A stretch of 43,154 nt of DNA from an uncultured Gemmatimonadota bacterium (GTDB lineage Bacteria; GCA-2686955). The stretch's first letter is position 1; every line of letters starts with the position of its first letter. Positions 41,206 through 43,154 of this stretch are shown here, in pieces. Where the stretch lies: positions 1 through 43,154 of the forward strand of contig CAZBBK010000047.1 in the NCBI GenBank assembly GCA_964490075.1, written 5' to 3'. Under the pieces are notes generated by a model. It made no database searches and was not told where the DNA came from. It saw only the letters and a list, made by a program, of their open reading frames with translations. Position numbers and translations under genes: made by a program.

Positions 41206-42096
41206 ACGCTGCGTCGCGGCGCTCTCCGCCGACCAGAAACGCAGCTCCAGCGGCGCGCTCGCCGCCGGCTCCTTGCGACGCACCATCAGCTCGCACGCGC
41301 GCACGCAGTCCCCGCACTCCAGGCAGTAGTTCTTACCCGGGAAGCCGTCGAAAGCCAATCCGCCCCCTCCCGCCACGCGCTCGTCCAGGCGCCGCGGATC
41401 GAGCGCGACGGGACACACGATCTCACAGAGCCGACACTCGACGCAGCGCCCCCTCTCGGGCTCGAACTGGACCCCGAAGCGGTGCGCGATCTGGATCGCG
41501 GTGTAGTAGATCCCGATCGGGCAGAGCTTGCGACAGAAAATCCAGCGGCCGGCGCGCGCGTGCCAGATCAGCAGCGCGGCCGTCAGTGCCACCGCCGTCA
41601 GCGCCACCAATGCGCCGCTGCCCGGGTCGCGTGCCAGCGCGGCGGGATCGCCGAACCAGACCGCCAGGCCGCCGGCGAGCACCAGGCAGAAGGCCCCGAA
41701 GCGCAGCCGCGGGCCGCGGCGGGGCAGCTTGCGGGCGGCCTCGACCTCGGCCCCATCGGCCAGCCGGGAGGCATGGCCGATGGGACAGCCGAAGCCGCAG
41801 AAGAGCCTTCCCAGCGGCCAGTTCAGCAAAAAGGTGAGCAGGTAGAGGGCCGCCGCGACGACCGGGTAGAGCAGCGCCACCTCCAGCGCCCCCGACTCCC
41901 GTCCCAGCAGCCGGTGATCGCCGCCCAGGAGATCGAGGCGGATCGTGCCGGAAAGGGGGATGGCATAAAGAACGACGAAGGTGATCGCCATCGTGACGTG
42001 GCGGGTGCGCTGGATGGCGTGGGACTCGCCCGCGAAGAGCTTCAGGGCGCGCAGGCGGGGGCTGAGTCGGGGTCTTCGGGTGGGGGGTGGGGGCAT
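41188..42096 (-). CDS. CcoG/NapH/MauN-like membrane polyferredoxin
   Basis: GRLFCGFGCP, FCRKLCPIG, CVECRLCEIVCP, CLECGDCVRAC; several TM helices. Confidence 0.85.
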   Translation of the reverse strand: MPPPPTRRPRLSPRLRALKLFAGESHAIQRTRHVTMAITFVVLYAIPLSGTIRLDLLGGDHRLLGRESGALEVALLYPVVAAALYLLTFLLNWPLGRLFCGFGCPIGHASRLADGAEVEAARKLPRRGPRLRFGAFCLVLAGGLAVWFGDPAALARDPGSGALVALTAVALTAALLIWHARAGRWIFCRKLCPIGIYYTAIQIAHRFGVQFEPERGRCVECRLCEIVCPVALDPRRLDERVAGGGGLAFDGFPGKNYCLECGDCVRACELMVRRKEPAASAPLELRFWSAESAATQRSAQPE

Positions 42097-42174
42097 CGCG
42101 GAGCGTTGTGAGCCGGGGCGGGGTAGTTGCGGGGAATCAGAAGTCTACAATCGGGCGTTCGGTGTTGGCCCGAG

Positions 42175-42201
42175 CTGGATTCCGGCTTTCTCCGGAATGA
42201 C
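42175..42201 (-). repeat. REP-like palindromic element
   Basis: Minus strand GTCATTCCGGAGAAAGCCGGAATCCAG, of the widespread GTCATTCC..GAAAG..GGAATCCAG short intergenic repeat type; single copy in this window. Confidence 0.65.
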
Positions 42202-42386
42202 GGGGGAGGGGGTTTCCGCGGCCGGATCCGGGGGTCGGGTCTGCCTGCGGATGGGAGACGAGCACGTTGGGCTCGGAAAGATGATGCCATATCGTGAAGG
42301 TGTCGAAATTCTCGCGGAGCCCCCTTGACGGCGACCAGATCTCGCGCCACCCTTGGGCAACTCCAACCACACCTCAGGAGGGTGTG

Positions 42387-43154
42387 ATGCGACAAGTTGT
42401 TGTGATACAAGCAGTTACGGCTCTCTCTCTCGCGTAATTCCGGCCGCTTTGGCTGACGGAATCGTCTACCCACCCGCGGAAGCGACCGGCCGTTACTGTG
42501 TGCGGCAGGTGCCATCGGTCGACAACGATTGGGTCTGGTACGATCCCTGGGGGCAGCCCTACGTGCCGACGGCGGTGGATAAGGTGCAGATGCATGACAT
42601 CGTGTCGTGGGACTACTATCAACAGGGCTACGTCGCTGTTGATGACCAGCAGCCATGGGAGCCCTGGGCCGAAGATGTGCTCGAGATCCTGGAGGCGGGC
42701 AGCTTCAACGCCCTTGGCCGCGAGTGCCACTGGGACCAGGACGGCGACCCGATACGCGGCAAAGAACGCGACCTCCACGAGACCTACTGCGACGAGAATA
42801 CCGGCCAGTTCACCCACCGCTTCATGCTCGATGATTTCCGCTTCGTCAAGCACATCCAGGGCGCGACACCGGTCGTGCCCTACCTGGTCACGCTGCACGC
42901 CATCCCGATCGATGTCGACGGCTATCGGGCCAATGACCTGGACACCTGCGAAGCGACCCCCGACGTCTGGTCGCCCGGCTGGGAGACCAGGATGAACGCC
43001 GTGGTCGAGCTCGTGCTCCGCGCCGACCCCAATCTGCTCGCGCTCTGTCTTGGAACCGAACTGCGTTGGGACTACGCGCCCATCGATCGCAGCCAAGGAG
43101 AGTTCGGCAAGCGCCGCTGGCTGCGCAATCTGATCCTGGATACAGAGAAATGCT
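42387..43154 (+). pseudogene. Frameshifted secreted GH50/agarase-like glycoside hydrolase homolog (3'-truncated)
   Basis: AGGAGG RBS and ATG 42387 give MRQVVVIQAVTALSLA*; another frame continues VIPAALA-DG...ATGRYCV...WVWYDPWG...WAEDVL...FNALG...PDVWSP...DPNLL...GTELRW, open to the window end. Confidence 0.55.

Overview
A GC-rich, densely coding bacterial window devoted to energy metabolism at low oxygen. The phylum cannot be fixed from sequence alone; some motifs recall Planctomycetota or Myxococcota-like lineages (inference). In order: (1) a 5'-truncated giant PFOR-like protein whose TPP-binding motif is degenerate and which ends in a ferredoxin domain, followed by rnfCDGEA (no rnfB in the window), a 49-aa TM/Cys4 NqrM-like ORF, a Tat-type apbE, DUF4920 and a PepSY-TM protein; (2) an octaheme HAO-family cytochrome apparently lacking the oxidative cross-link Tyr, a tetraheme cytochrome and NrfC/NrfD-like quinol module, behind a sigma70 promoter overlapped by a Fur-family-like box; (3) a secreted endonuclease I, PAP2, a split AhpD-like ORF pair that reads as one CxxU selenoprotein with a SECIS-like hairpin, class II DAHP synthase, a 168-nt intergenic hairpin, DUF423, an O-antigen-ligase-like protein, grxD with an IscR-like box, and TlpA; (4) a PAS kinase and sigma54 activator with tandem enhancer repeats and a -24/-12 promoter ahead of a divergent cbb3-like oxidase operon with unusual accessory genes; (5) boxC-boxB-thiolase-hydroxyacyl-CoA dehydrogenase-boxD without boxA; (6) a CcoG/NapH-like polyferredoxin, a REP-like palindrome and a frameshifted GH50-like gene running off the right edge. 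No rRNA, tRNA, CRISPR array or transposase was seen. Family calls rest on motif recognition, not database searches.
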